From Candidatus Poribacteria bacterium (GTDB lineage: Bacteria > Poribacteria > WGA-4E > WGA-3G): a stretch of 64,000 bases of DNA. Shown in pieces: positions 1 through 9,160 of this stretch. The notes beneath the pieces were generated by a model that was not told the DNA's origin, did not search any database, and saw only the letters and a list, made by a program, of their open reading frames with translations. Where the stretch lies: contig JAJEIP010000072.1 of assembly GCA_022827885.1 (NCBI GenBank), forward strand, positions 16,508 to 80,507. Direction: 5' to 3'. A program made the position numbers and the translations under genes. Position 1 is the first letter of the stretch. Each line of letters begins with the position of its first letter.

Positions 1-154
1 GATGCGGATGGACGGTTCTGAAGAAACCGTATTTGGCGTAGACAAATTGGCACTCCTATAACGTCAAAATTCCCGTGCTTATTCTAACAACAAAGCCAAT
101 TAATAGTATAGCATAAAATGCAGAATTTGTCAAATTTCGGCATGGCGTGCGAGG

Positions 155-1192
155 TCAGGAATATTCCAAAACCTCGCGCAACTGTGAATCCAAATCTGAG
201 GATGGGTCAAAAGGGATATTAATCGGTTGGTGAGAAATAGCACTCGCATATATGCCCAAAATCGCATTGAACTGGTGCAACGCGAGTTTTAGATTCGTTT
301 CGACCGGACGGGTATCGTCTTCAATCCAGTCGAACATCGCCTGCGTCAAGTTGGCTTGGGCAAGGTCGTTTTTTGCGCGCCAAGACTCGGGGGTCTGCAC
401 ATCGTTCTCGGCTAACCGAGGCGTGACGATTTCCCACCTGTTGAATTCCTCAAAGAGGACATGCCCGTTCTCGCAGTATGCAGCGACGCGACAGTGCTTG
501 TAAATCGTATCGTCGTCTATGACGCGTGGAGAGGTAGAGCCGGTGTTCCACATCCCATAGACACCATTTTCAAATAAGACCTGACACGACGATGTATCGG
601 GAGCAGGATAGTCGCTATCAAGCGACGCAGCCCCACTCGCAGTGCCGAAGACCCTAACAATAGGTGAATCGTTGTTCAGGGACATCGCCCAATCAATGAT
701 ATGCGTGCCTTGGGCGGTGAGGTTCATCCCACACGAAAAATCTAAAAAGCGAATCTCTCCCAATTCACCGCTCTCGACAGCCTTCCGGCAATGAGTGAAG
801 TCGGGCTGCCACCGATACTGTTTGCCAACCCCGAATTTTGTAGCAGTCTTCGCTTCCAACTCAGATAAAAAACGCCAATCTTCAACACCACAAGCAATCG
901 GTTTCTCAACGAGGCACGCCGGCACCCCCAATTCCGATACCATCGGTATCAGCTCACGCCACTGGTCGGGCATTGCGACGAGGTGCACTAAATCAGGTTG
1001 CTCTACGCGGAGCATCTGTTCAGCATCTGCATAGCCGGTGATACCGAAGGTTTCGGAGAATTTTTCACGTCGGGCGCCATCCGAACGGTTGGCACACGCG
1101 ACTAACTCGCCGCTCGAAACATGCTGATAGGCATTCGCATGACCATAAGCCCTGCCACCGCAGCCAATGATCGCACTTCTATACTTTTGCAT
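155..1192 (-). CDS. Gfo/Idh/MocA family NAD(P)-dependent oxidoreductase
   Basis: The N-terminal Rossmann motif is AIIGCGGRAYGHANAY. The 345-aa length and the C-terminal alpha/beta domain are typical of the family. Confidence 0.8.
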   Translation of the reverse strand: MQKYRSAIIGCGGRAYGHANAYQHVSSGELVACANRSDGARREKFSETFGITGYADAEQMLRVEQPDLVHLVAMPDQWRELIPMVSELGVPACLVEKPIACGVEDWRFLSELEAKTATKFGVGKQYRWQPDFTHCRKAVESGELGEIRFLDFSCGMNLTAQGTHIIDWAMSLNNDSPIVRVFGTASGAASLDSDYPAPDTSSCQVLFENGVYGMWNTGSTSPRVIDDDTIYKHCRVAAYCENGHVLFEEFNRWEIVTPRLAENDVQTPESWRAKNDLAQANLTQAMFDWIEDDTRPVETNLKLALHQFNAILGIYASAISHQPINIPFDPSSDLDSQLREVLEYS

Positions 1193-1196
1193 TTTT

Positions 1197-2036
1197 TTAC
1201 CGATCCGACTTGACGCGTGCCCAGACCGTTGTCAAACGACCTTCTGGTGATACAGGCGTAAACCCAAAGAGTTTACCAAGTCCCTCGTTCATGATGTCAT
1301 TGACCTCGGCTTCACTTAACGCGGTATTGAAAATAGCGACATCGTCCATGAGCCCCCATCCCGGTCGCTGATCCGGCATACCGCCAATATTGAGAGCTTG
1401 TCCTGTCAATCCAAAAACACCACCCGTATTGGCTTGTGCATCCACTTTACCATCTACATAGGCAATCATCTTCTTTCCATCATAGGTGAAGGCGATGTGG
1501 TGCCATTTATCGTCATTGACGAGCGTTGGACCCGCAACCCATGCCGGTGCAAGCTGCCCACTACCGATTTCAACCTTACCGTGCCCACCGCCTCTTCCGG
1601 GTCCGAAGATGTTCAACAAGCAGGTATACATGAAATTAATGATGGCGTGGTCGTCATTACAGCAACCGCCGAGGACGACTTTCTCCTTTTTCTTGAGTTT
1701 TACCCATGTCGTCGCGGTATATGTCTCAGCACAACTATCCAAACTCTTTGAAGTTTCGACCGTTGCGACTTGGAAATCGTCGTCACCGGAGAGACTCAAC
1801 GCCTTCTCGAATTTCCCATCATCCACCAATTCGGCACCTTTCAACAATTCAGCGTCGTTGCCGTTCCCCGTAGAATCGGGAGACATGTCTTTGTTATCAA
1901 CCTCATCAAAGAGCCATACGCCAACGATATTTTTCGTATCAATTGCTGCATCGCTGACAGATACAAACATCACTGGAATCGCCATTAAACAAACCATTCC
2001 GAGAATAAATAGTTTTCGCACGGTAATTTCCTCCAT
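1197..2036 (-). CDS. Secreted LamG-like (concanavalin A-like lectin/glucanase fold) protein
   Basis: It has an N-terminal signal peptide (LFILGMVCLMAIPVMFVSVSDA). The Laminin_G_3-like pattern includes W..dG......vDG. The gene sits 4 bp downstream of the preceding gene on the same strand. Confidence 0.6.
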   Translation of the reverse strand: MEEITVRKLFILGMVCLMAIPVMFVSVSDAAIDTKNIVGVWLFDEVDNKDMSPDSTGNGNDAELLKGAELVDDGKFEKALSLSGDDDFQVATVETSKSLDSCAETYTATTWVKLKKKEKVVLGGCCNDDHAIINFMYTCLLNIFGPGRGGGHGKVEIGSGQLAPAWVAGPTLVNDDKWHHIAFTYDGKKMIAYVDGKVDAQANTGGVFGLTGQALNIGGMPDQRPGWGLMDDVAIFNTALSEAEVNDIMNEGLGKLFGFTPVSPEGRLTTVWARVKSDR

Positions 2037-2189
2037 CGTTTGAAATATCCATTATCTTACCTTAAAGGTGTCAACGCTGTCAATAGAAAAAAGATGTGCA
2101 GCTTCGCACTGAATCTGCTACAATAACCATTAAAATTTATGTAAACAAAAAACCGCACGCTGCCGTTAAACCATTGACCAAACCGCTAA

Positions 2190-2274
2190 GCCTGCAACAA
2201 CGGCGCAGGCGGGACCTCTAAAAGGAACGTATAAACAAGACCCGCGATGTTTAACCGCAAGGTAAAATTAAAAG
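2190..2274 (+). repeat. Composite dispersed repeat: GCCTGCAACAACGGCGCAGGCGG hairpin module, a 42-bp spacer, then the CCGCAAGGTAAAATTAAAA start-proximal element
   Basis: The 23-mer at 2190-2212 is identical to the one at 45145-45167. In both places the CCGCAAGG element follows exactly 42 bp downstream (2255-2274 and 45210-45229). Confidence 0.7.
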
Positions 2275-5200
2275 CCTTAAAAACGCAAAGTCTGTTGTTA
2301 AAAACTGGGATCATCTTTATCATTGCCCTCTGTTCATCGTCTGAAGTCGTCGTCAGTCGTATTGCCGAAGAAGAGACTGAACCTAAGAATAATCATCAGT
2401 CGTCAGTCGTAGGGGTTGGGTCACCCAACCCTTACAGAGATGATTCTGTTGAACAGGAATCCTCTTTAACGGATAACCGAGAACCGACGACTGAAAACGC
2501 TAAAAATGGATTTGGGTTATTCACCCGCAACCTCTTCGACAATGATAGCGAATCAAAGCACTTCATTTGGCAAGAGAAAAAAGAACAAATCGAGGTTCCT
2601 GAGCAGACAGCGGAGGAAGACCTCCTCATCCAACCCTACCTCGACAGTCTCCGGCACTGGCGGTATCCTCCCCATTTAACCGATCTCGATAAACTCTATG
2701 ACTGGAAACCAAGAGCGAAGCGTGACGAAAAAGGCATCGCTCTCCCGATGGATTCCAATCTCAGGATAACAGGTTTGCAATCTGTAACCGTAGAGGCAAA
2801 CAGGACCCACTACTTCGGTGACGGCGATCTGAACCGATACGGGGGTTACGGCTATGGTGGCGGATATGGAGGCTACTCATCAGGACTTGACTTGGGGCTC
2901 ACCTCGTCTTACGGTTACGAAGACTTCGGTTACGGCAGCAGCGGTTTTGGTGGCGGATACGGTTCAGGATATGGAAGTAGTTACGGTAGTTATGGTTCCA
3001 GCTACGGTTCGAGCTACGGCGGGTTCGGGGGTGGATACGGCAGTAGCGGTGTTCCACGCGCAAGTGGGTTTAACCTACGTCAAATACAGCAATTTGGGCT
3101 ACACGGTCGCGTGGGGCAACGGACGCATATCGCTGTAGACTATAGTGCTGGCGGCAGCGGCTTCGGTAGCGGTGGTTATGGCGGTGGATATGGTGGATAC
3201 GGCGGTGGGTACGGCGGCGGATATGGCATCGGCGGCACCAAGGAACAGAAGATTAAAATCTGGTACGAAGGGACACCCGAGAGTATAATAAAAACCATCT
3301 CCTTTGGCGACATCACACTCAGTTTACCGAATACCCGTTTTCTGAACATCAATCGGAATCTGTTTGGACTTGAAGGCGTCTTTGAGTGGAAAAACACACG
3401 TCTGACGGCGTTCGGTTCTCGGAGTAAGGGAATACGCGAGGTGCGTACGTTCCGGGGGCAGTCGCGGCGCGCTGGTGGCGGATACGGTTATGGACCCCGC
3501 GGGATCCAGATACCGGATACCAACTACGTTAAAAATCGGTTCTACCACATCCAAAAAGGTGAAGACGGCGAACTACACGACGCATATCTCCCTATCAAAT
3601 CAGGGAGCGAGCAAATTTTCATTGACGACGGCGTCGTCGGAAACAATCAGGGCGGTCAACGAACGAGTCGCGGCTACTTCAATCCCCAATACTCCGGTCA
3701 GGACTACAATATTGACTATGAAACCGGTGAAATAGAATTCCTATCTCCGATTTCTGCAAATTATACCATCGTCGTCTCGTATGAATATTTAGGCGGTGAT
3801 GGCGGCATCGTTGGTAAATCTGAAGTCTTTGTTGATGAAAACGGAGACGGAACACTTGACGAAGAGGGTGAGGAAATCGGCTATGTCGTGCTAAAAGAGA
3901 AGGGATTTCGCGGCACAGAGGCAACACACGTCTATAGCCTTGGCAACCGCAACATTAATCCACGTGACTTCACACTCACACTCCTCCGACAAGGACAGAG
4001 CGAAACCTTCCAGACGAATACCCGCTCTGTTCCGTATCTCGAAATTTTTGGGTTGGATCAGAACAGTGATGGTATTGTAGATGCCCAGTTTATAGACTAC
4101 GACAGAGGCTTACTCCGTTTCCCCACGACGGATCCGTTTCAAATTGTAGACCCAGCCCATCCATATTACGATTACCGCGATTCACTCAACAACACTGCCA
4201 TCTACCTCGAAGGTGTCCGAACAGATGCCCAAGTCTACACGATTATCGCGGACTACGCGTATCAATCAGAAACGTACAATGTAGGTTTGTTTGTGATTCC
4301 AAACAGTGAGACAGTCCGATTGAACGGGCAGCTCTTGACGCGCGATACCGACTATATGATGCTTTATGAGGTCGGTACTCTCCGATTCTTCAGACAACTC
4401 GATGAGTTTGATGAAATCGTTGTGGAATTTGAAAAGACACCCTTTGGTGGTTCATCACAACAAGCTGTAGCCGGCGTCTGGTTAGAGTACACACGCAAAC
4501 AGGAACCCAAATCCGATAGAGAACAGAGCCTTGAGGACAGATTCAATCGGTTAGGGGGCCTTCAAACAATGGACGCAGATATGCTGGGTGAAGGAACGGA
4601 TGCCTTCGGTAGAGGCGTGTCAGGGGGATTTCAACAGAGGAGCGGCGGTTTAGGGGGTTTCGGGAGCGGTTCTCGCTTCGGTAGGAGCAGTTTCGGGGGT
4701 GGATTCGGTGGCGGTTACGGCGGGGGTTATGGCGGCTACAGTAGTTTAGGCGGTCGCTCGCGAAGCTACTACGGTAGTTATGGCGGCGGAATGAACTATT
4801 TCAACCCGGTTTTTCAAAAGGGATTTTCGCTCTCAACGGGTTATATTCTGAACACCGGACAAAAACCAGCGGAAATACCAGATGTGAATAGCGTGCCAAA
4901 CCGCTTGCAAGCGTTCAACGTGAATACGAGTTTTGGACGGGAATTTAACGTCGCTGGTATTTTAAACCTATTGCCCTTTATTAACGTGAGAAACCTGCCA
5001 CTTTCAGTTGACTTCAGTGGAGAAGCGGCTTATTCACACAACAACCCAAACAGTATTGGCGTCGCGCTTATTGATAGCATGGAAGGGGCAAAGGACTCAA
5101 CGACCGTGCCGACATTAAAATACAATTGGAAACCGAGTAGTGTTCCATACGTATCGGAAAATGCACCAATACCGTCTGGAGATTCCGGTTACTACGTTAT

Positions 5201-8200
5201 ACCGACCGACGAGAATAGAGTGATCTTTAACGTTGTGCTGAAAGACAAAAACGAAACGGAAGCAATAGGCAACTATATGCGGAACCGCGATGTGCCAGCC
5301 TCATCAATTCAACCGCTCTCTCTCTCGACTGAAGAACGCCTCATTATGGAACTCGGCTACAATTTCACAGACGTGATCGCCGAGTGGGGCGGTTTTTCAA
5401 ACGGTCTCTCGGCATCCGGGGTAGACTATTCGGAACGTAGCTTCGTTGAAATTTGGATGCGCGTCCAAGGCGACGACAATGTGACGCTCCACTTGAATCT
5501 CGGGGTGGTGAACGAAGATACAGATGCCGACGAACGACTGGATAGCGAAGATCTCCCAGAAACGCTAACGGATACGAATGGAGACGGAAGTATTGATGCA
5601 TTGGATTTAGACCTGGAGAACCTTTCAGAGATCAATCGCTATCGTGGGAACGGCGCGCTCGATACAGGTGAAGACATCGGATGGGGACATAACGGGCCGC
5701 TTGAAAGAACATCTATCGGCGTAGGCAACCAGATTCTGGACAGCGAAGACCTCAACGGTGATGGGGTCCTTGATAGTATAGACGCATATTTTGAGGTAGC
5801 GATCCCACTCAATGAGATTCCGAAAGAATGGGTTAAAAGCAAAAATGCAAACGGTTGGATGTTCCTCAGTATTCCACTCTCTAAATTTAAGCCAGAGGGG
5901 TCTCGCCTGCCGAGTCTCGTTTTCGTGCAACACTTCCGATTCTGGTTGAGCAAAAACGCACCCGGTAATGTAGAAGGTTTATTGCAATGGGCGGATATTG
6001 AAATTGTTGGCAATAAATGGAAGCAGGGGATCATCACCCGGTCAAGTTCTGTAGGAGGGGTTTCTAACCCCGATTCCTTGGACGCCATAACGAACAACCC
6101 AGCACTCGCCTCGACCGGAAACACCTTGTCAACGAGTACAATTGTGGACGACACATTGGAAAAATTCATTGTTGGCACGAGGGATAACTTCAGTTATGAC
6201 GCGTATCAAAGTGCGTATCTGGATATCGAAGATAACGAGCTCTTCAAAAAATTACATCCATTCACAGCCACTTCACTCGGTTTTCAAACACAACAGCAAC
6301 GTGAACAGACACTGAGCCTCGAATATTACCTCTTTCCCGGCTCCTACGGTGTCACCTCGAAGCAATTGAAGGGCTTAACACAAAGTGAAGGACAAGATTT
6401 CAGCAAACACGATACACTTCGATTTTGGCTCTATGGGGACAAAAGCGACACAACCTTCGTTTTACAACTCGCGCCAACCGTCCGAACCGGCTATCGCAGC
6501 TCCTTCTATAGTTCAGATCCGTTTGTCAATCAGACAGAACAGGAAGAAGATATTAACGTTTTCGAGAATCTAACAGACTACTATGAATATACAGTCCCGA
6601 TTGACTTTGAGGGTTGGAAGTTAATTGAAATTGATTTGCGGGACCTTCGCAGAAACGACTATCCGGATGTTAATAGCGATCAACCATCTGTAGTCAGCAA
6701 TCAGCAAGAACCGGCTGCGGTAGAACCCCTTCCCACACCACCATCCGCCGAAATCGCAGAGGATGCCCCAGATGGACAGCCCGATGGTTTCACGATTCGC
6801 GGGAAGAATAGCATGCGGCTCTCCATCAAAAACATCGGCGGTATCCTCTTGGGTATACGGAACGATACTGGCGGTGAAATCAGTGGAGAAATCTGGGTAA
6901 ATGAGATTCATCTCGGTGATCCGCTCGTGCGTGCCGGATGGGCGCGTCGCGGTAATATGTCGGTGTCCCTCGGTAGAATTGTTAAATTACGCGGCGGCTA
7001 CGCAAGCCAAGACAAAGATTTTGAAAGCGGCGCGGGTGAAGTTGGTAGACAACGGCTCTCCTCACGCGGATATAGCACGACAAATAACGATTTTAATATC
7101 GATGCAGATGTTACGCTATTTCCATGGCTGCCGATCCGATACGGGATCCGACAGCAAGACACGGAAACCGAGAGCCAGCGCGGTAGCTACAGCAGCTTCC
7201 AGAGCGGGAAAAGTGAAATCCGTACCCGAGACATTTCTGTGCAGTTCATTCAAAACCCGTATCCGAATCTCGGCTTTGCTTACAACTACCAAGACTTTTG
7301 GAACGAACGTCAAGGCACACAAATTAGCCACCTTTATACGGGTAGCTTACGGTATGAACTCGGTTCAAAACTCGGGGTCAACGCGCAGTATCGGCACGAA
7401 GACATACTTGCCAAACCCGAAACGGCTACGGAGACAGCCTCGACTTCAACATCCTACTATAGTTACGGCTACGGTAGAAATCGAGATGAAAAAACAGATA
7501 GCGGCACCATAACATTTAATATTAATCCAACGAGTATCTTCAGTCTGAACCCCAGTTACGATGTCCGCCGGACGCTTGAAAGACGGGAAGATCCAAACGC
7601 CAGCACTTCACTTGCCGGCAATATAACGAATTTGGGTTTGGAAACCTCTCCCACAATCTCCGAATCCGAAGAAGAGACCCCCATCGAAGATGTTAAATGG
7701 TCAATTGCTGAGCGAGAACACCGATTGTCGCTGACCCCACGCTTAAACCGGGATCTGATCGGCATGCGCCCCACCGTAACAAGCCGTATGAGTTTTCGTG
7801 AAAACTGGTTCCGTGAACAGAAAAACGCTTCACTCAATGGAAACGTCAGTTTCGGCGTGAATCTCCGCGTTCAAAAATGGTTCGGATGGCTCCTCAAAGA
7901 AGGGAATGGAAGACAAGAAGAAGAGAAAGAGGGGGTACCGAACCTTCCAACCCCCGAACCTTCCAATCAAGAATCTCCTACGCTTCCAACGGATTCGGGG
8001 TTGGAAACCGATCCCGCGCCCACTCCTATAACTGATGACCTCAGTGCACAATTAAGGGAAAACGGTATTGACGAAACACAAATCCAAGAGTTAGAAGAGA
8101 ATCGGGGGGATTGGATCGAACGTGATAAAAGCGAGTTGCCACCTGTAGGCGCGAAAACCGGGGATAGCGGAACACAAGCGGGAACAGTTTCAGAGGTCAA

Positions 8201-9035
8201 GGACGGTATCCTGCATCGAATTCTGAAAAGTTTCACTGTTAACACCAACGCAAACTTCACCGCTACTGAATCGTATCGGCAACTTGCATCCGGCCTATCA
8301 ATGTTAGAAATCTATTCGCTCGCGGACGACGCAAAGGAACGGACAAACTCCCGGCGCAGCAATCGTTATACAGTACGGAGTTCGGTAGACCCGTGGAATT
8401 GGGCATCCTTCGGAACGAACCTCAGCACTTCCGACAGTTTCCGAAAAAGTTCAGGGACAACCTACATACAGAACACCAACGCTTATGAAGCCGACGTAAA
8501 ATTGAAAGCGCGAGAAACCTCCAGTTTTCAACTCCGCTACAGTTATACAACGCGAAATAATGGGACCCTGGATACTATACTCGGCGACAGCAAAGCACAT
8601 ACGCCTTCATTGAGTTGGATGCAAACATGGGGCAAGGAAACTCGGACAGCATTGGGGGTCCGGACTACGATTCGGGACCAACTACGGAGCGGTATTAGAA
8701 GCAATGCGCTCATCGTTACGCCAAACCTGAGTATTGAATACAAATACCACACAGAAAACGGCATACGGATACCGTTTTTCGGTAGAATCCCTTTGAAGCA
8801 CGATCTCGATTTAACCAATACCCTCTCTTGGGCTATCCGTAGAGAACAGTATGGTGCGAACCTTGAAGAGCGTTCAGAAAGATATGAAACCACCTTGCGC
8901 GTGGGTTACAAAGTCAGCACGCATATCACAGCGAATTTCCATCTCGGCTTGAGTTACAACCACGATAGGGTTGAAGAAGGCAGAGATTTTCTCTCCATCG
9001 CCACTGCACTCACCGTCCGCGGCGAAATCCAATAA
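2247..9035 (+). CDS. Giant (2262 aa) secreted/outer-membrane protein; candidate SprA/Sov-like T9SS translocon or giant surface protein
   Basis: It has a Lys-rich n-region and a hydrophobic h-region (signal peptide). There are two Gly/Tyr/Ser low-complexity blocks (GYGGGYGGY...). There are several DxNxDGxxD calcium-loop-like motifs (DENGDGTLDEE, DTNGDGSIDALD, DLNGDGVLDSID). The C-terminal third is amphipathic beta-strand-like. The size matches SprA (~2300-2500 aa). The start codon is uncertain because the start-proximal repeat overlaps the 5' end. Confidence 0.7.
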   Translation: MFNRKVKLKALKTQSLLLKTGIIFIIALCSSSEVVVSRIAEEETEPKNNHQSSVVGVGSPNPYRDDSVEQESSLTDNREPTTENAKNGFGLFTRNLFDNDSESKHFIWQEKKEQIEVPEQTAEEDLLIQPYLDSLRHWRYPPHLTDLDKLYDWKPRAKRDEKGIALPMDSNLRITGLQSVTVEANRTHYFGDGDLNRYGGYGYGGGYGGYSSGLDLGLTSSYGYEDFGYGSSGFGGGYGSGYGSSYGSYGSSYGSSYGGFGGGYGSSGVPRASGFNLRQIQQFGLHGRVGQRTHIAVDYSAGGSGFGSGGYGGGYGGYGGGYGGGYGIGGTKEQKIKIWYEGTPESIIKTISFGDITLSLPNTRFLNINRNLFGLEGVFEWKNTRLTAFGSRSKGIREVRTFRGQSRRAGGGYGYGPRGIQIPDTNYVKNRFYHIQKGEDGELHDAYLPIKSGSEQIFIDDGVVGNNQGGQRTSRGYFNPQYSGQDYNIDYETGEIEFLSPISANYTIVVSYEYLGGDGGIVGKSEVFVDENGDGTLDEEGEEIGYVVLKEKGFRGTEATHVYSLGNRNINPRDFTLTLLRQGQSETFQTNTRSVPYLEIFGLDQNSDGIVDAQFIDYDRGLLRFPTTDPFQIVDPAHPYYDYRDSLNNTAIYLEGVRTDAQVYTIIADYAYQSETYNVGLFVIPNSETVRLNGQLLTRDTDYMMLYEVGTLRFFRQLDEFDEIVVEFEKTPFGGSSQQAVAGVWLEYTRKQEPKSDREQSLEDRFNRLGGLQTMDADMLGEGTDAFGRGVSGGFQQRSGGLGGFGSGSRFGRSSFGGGFGGGYGGGYGGYSSLGGRSRSYYGSYGGGMNYFNPVFQKGFSLSTGYILNTGQKPAEIPDVNSVPNRLQAFNVNTSFGREFNVAGILNLLPFINVRNLPLSVDFSGEAAYSHNNPNSIGVALIDSMEGAKDSTTVPTLKYNWKPSSVPYVSENAPIPSGDSGYYVIPTDENRVIFNVVLKDKNETEAIGNYMRNRDVPASSIQPLSLSTEERLIMELGYNFTDVIAEWGGFSNGLSASGVDYSERSFVEIWMRVQGDDNVTLHLNLGVVNEDTDADERLDSEDLPETLTDTNGDGSIDALDLDLENLSEINRYRGNGALDTGEDIGWGHNGPLERTSIGVGNQILDSEDLNGDGVLDSIDAYFEVAIPLNEIPKEWVKSKNANGWMFLSIPLSKFKPEGSRLPSLVFVQHFRFWLSKNAPGNVEGLLQWADIEIVGNKWKQGIITRSSSVGGVSNPDSLDAITNNPALASTGNTLSTSTIVDDTLEKFIVGTRDNFSYDAYQSAYLDIEDNELFKKLHPFTATSLGFQTQQQREQTLSLEYYLFPGSYGVTSKQLKGLTQSEGQDFSKHDTLRFWLYGDKSDTTFVLQLAPTVRTGYRSSFYSSDPFVNQTEQEEDINVFENLTDYYEYTVPIDFEGWKLIEIDLRDLRRNDYPDVNSDQPSVVSNQQEPAAVEPLPTPPSAEIAEDAPDGQPDGFTIRGKNSMRLSIKNIGGILLGIRNDTGGEISGEIWVNEIHLGDPLVRAGWARRGNMSVSLGRIVKLRGGYASQDKDFESGAGEVGRQRLSSRGYSTTNNDFNIDADVTLFPWLPIRYGIRQQDTETESQRGSYSSFQSGKSEIRTRDISVQFIQNPYPNLGFAYNYQDFWNERQGTQISHLYTGSLRYELGSKLGVNAQYRHEDILAKPETATETASTSTSYYSYGYGRNRDEKTDSGTITFNINPTSIFSLNPSYDVRRTLERREDPNASTSLAGNITNLGLETSPTISESEEETPIEDVKWSIAEREHRLSLTPRLNRDLIGMRPTVTSRMSFRENWFREQKNASLNGNVSFGVNLRVQKWFGWLLKEGNGRQEEEKEGVPNLPTPEPSNQESPTLPTDSGLETDPAPTPITDDLSAQLRENGIDETQIQELEENRGDWIERDKSELPPVGAKTGDSGTQAGTVSEVKDGILHRILKSFTVNTNANFTATESYRQLASGLSMLEIYSLADDAKERTNSRRSNRYTVRSSVDPWNWASFGTNLSTSDSFRKSSGTTYIQNTNAYEADVKLKARETSSFQLRYSYTTRNNGTLDTILGDSKAHTPSLSWMQTWGKETRTALGVRTTIRDQLRSGIRSNALIVTPNLSIEYKYHTENGIRIPFFGRIPLKHDLDLTNTLSWAIRREQYGANLEERSERYETTLRVGYKVSTHITANFHLGLSYNHDRVEEGRDFLSIATALTVRGEIQ
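2415..2433. repeat. Palindromic element GGGTTGGGTCACCCAACCC embedded in-frame in the giant ORF
   Basis: It is a perfect 9-N-9 palindrome. The reverse-complement copy with the same flanks (CCCCTACG) lies intergenic at 29384-29401. It encodes VVGVGSPNPYR. Confidence 0.6.
6054..6077. repeat. Palindromic element GGAGGGGTTTCTAACCCCGATTCC embedded in-frame in the giant ORF
   Basis: The same 24-mer family occurs twice in the GH2 gene and once, degenerate, in the PorU-like gene. It encodes GGVSNPDS. Confidence 0.6.
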
Positions 9036-9074
9036 ACAAAATCCAAAGATGACAACGAAATGATGAGAAAAAAA

Positions 9075-9103
9075 TTGGAAAGAAAAGCAATTTATGATAT
9101 AGT
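9075..9103 (+). promoter_or_regulatory. Sigma70-like promoter for the GH2 gene (TTGGAA-N17-TATAGT)
   Basis: The -35 and -10 hexamers have 17-bp spacing and lie about 60 bp upstream of the ATG at 9161. Confidence 0.3.
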
Positions 9104-9142
9104 AGTTATCAGTTCACCTGCGTAGTAGGCGAACTGATAACT
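9104..9142. promoter_or_regulatory. Perfect 12-bp inverted repeat AGTTATCAGTTC-N15-GAACTGATAACT overlapping the predicted TSS (candidate operator or 5'UTR hairpin)
   Basis: It lies directly between the -10 hexamer and the RBS of the GH2 gene. There is no downstream U-run, so it is not an intrinsic terminator. Confidence 0.3.
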
Positions 9143-9160
9143 ATAAAAAAAAGGAAAAAC

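Noticed and set aside
6901-7512. Nested or antisense ORFs inside long genes
   Set aside because: Examples are 6901-7512, 9929-10465, 12153-12680, 17367-17807, 21507-21926, 23808-24269, 35714-36205, 42924-43397, 47684-48121 and 59521-59970. All lie within well-supported conserved genes in other frames and lack motifs, so they are spurious.
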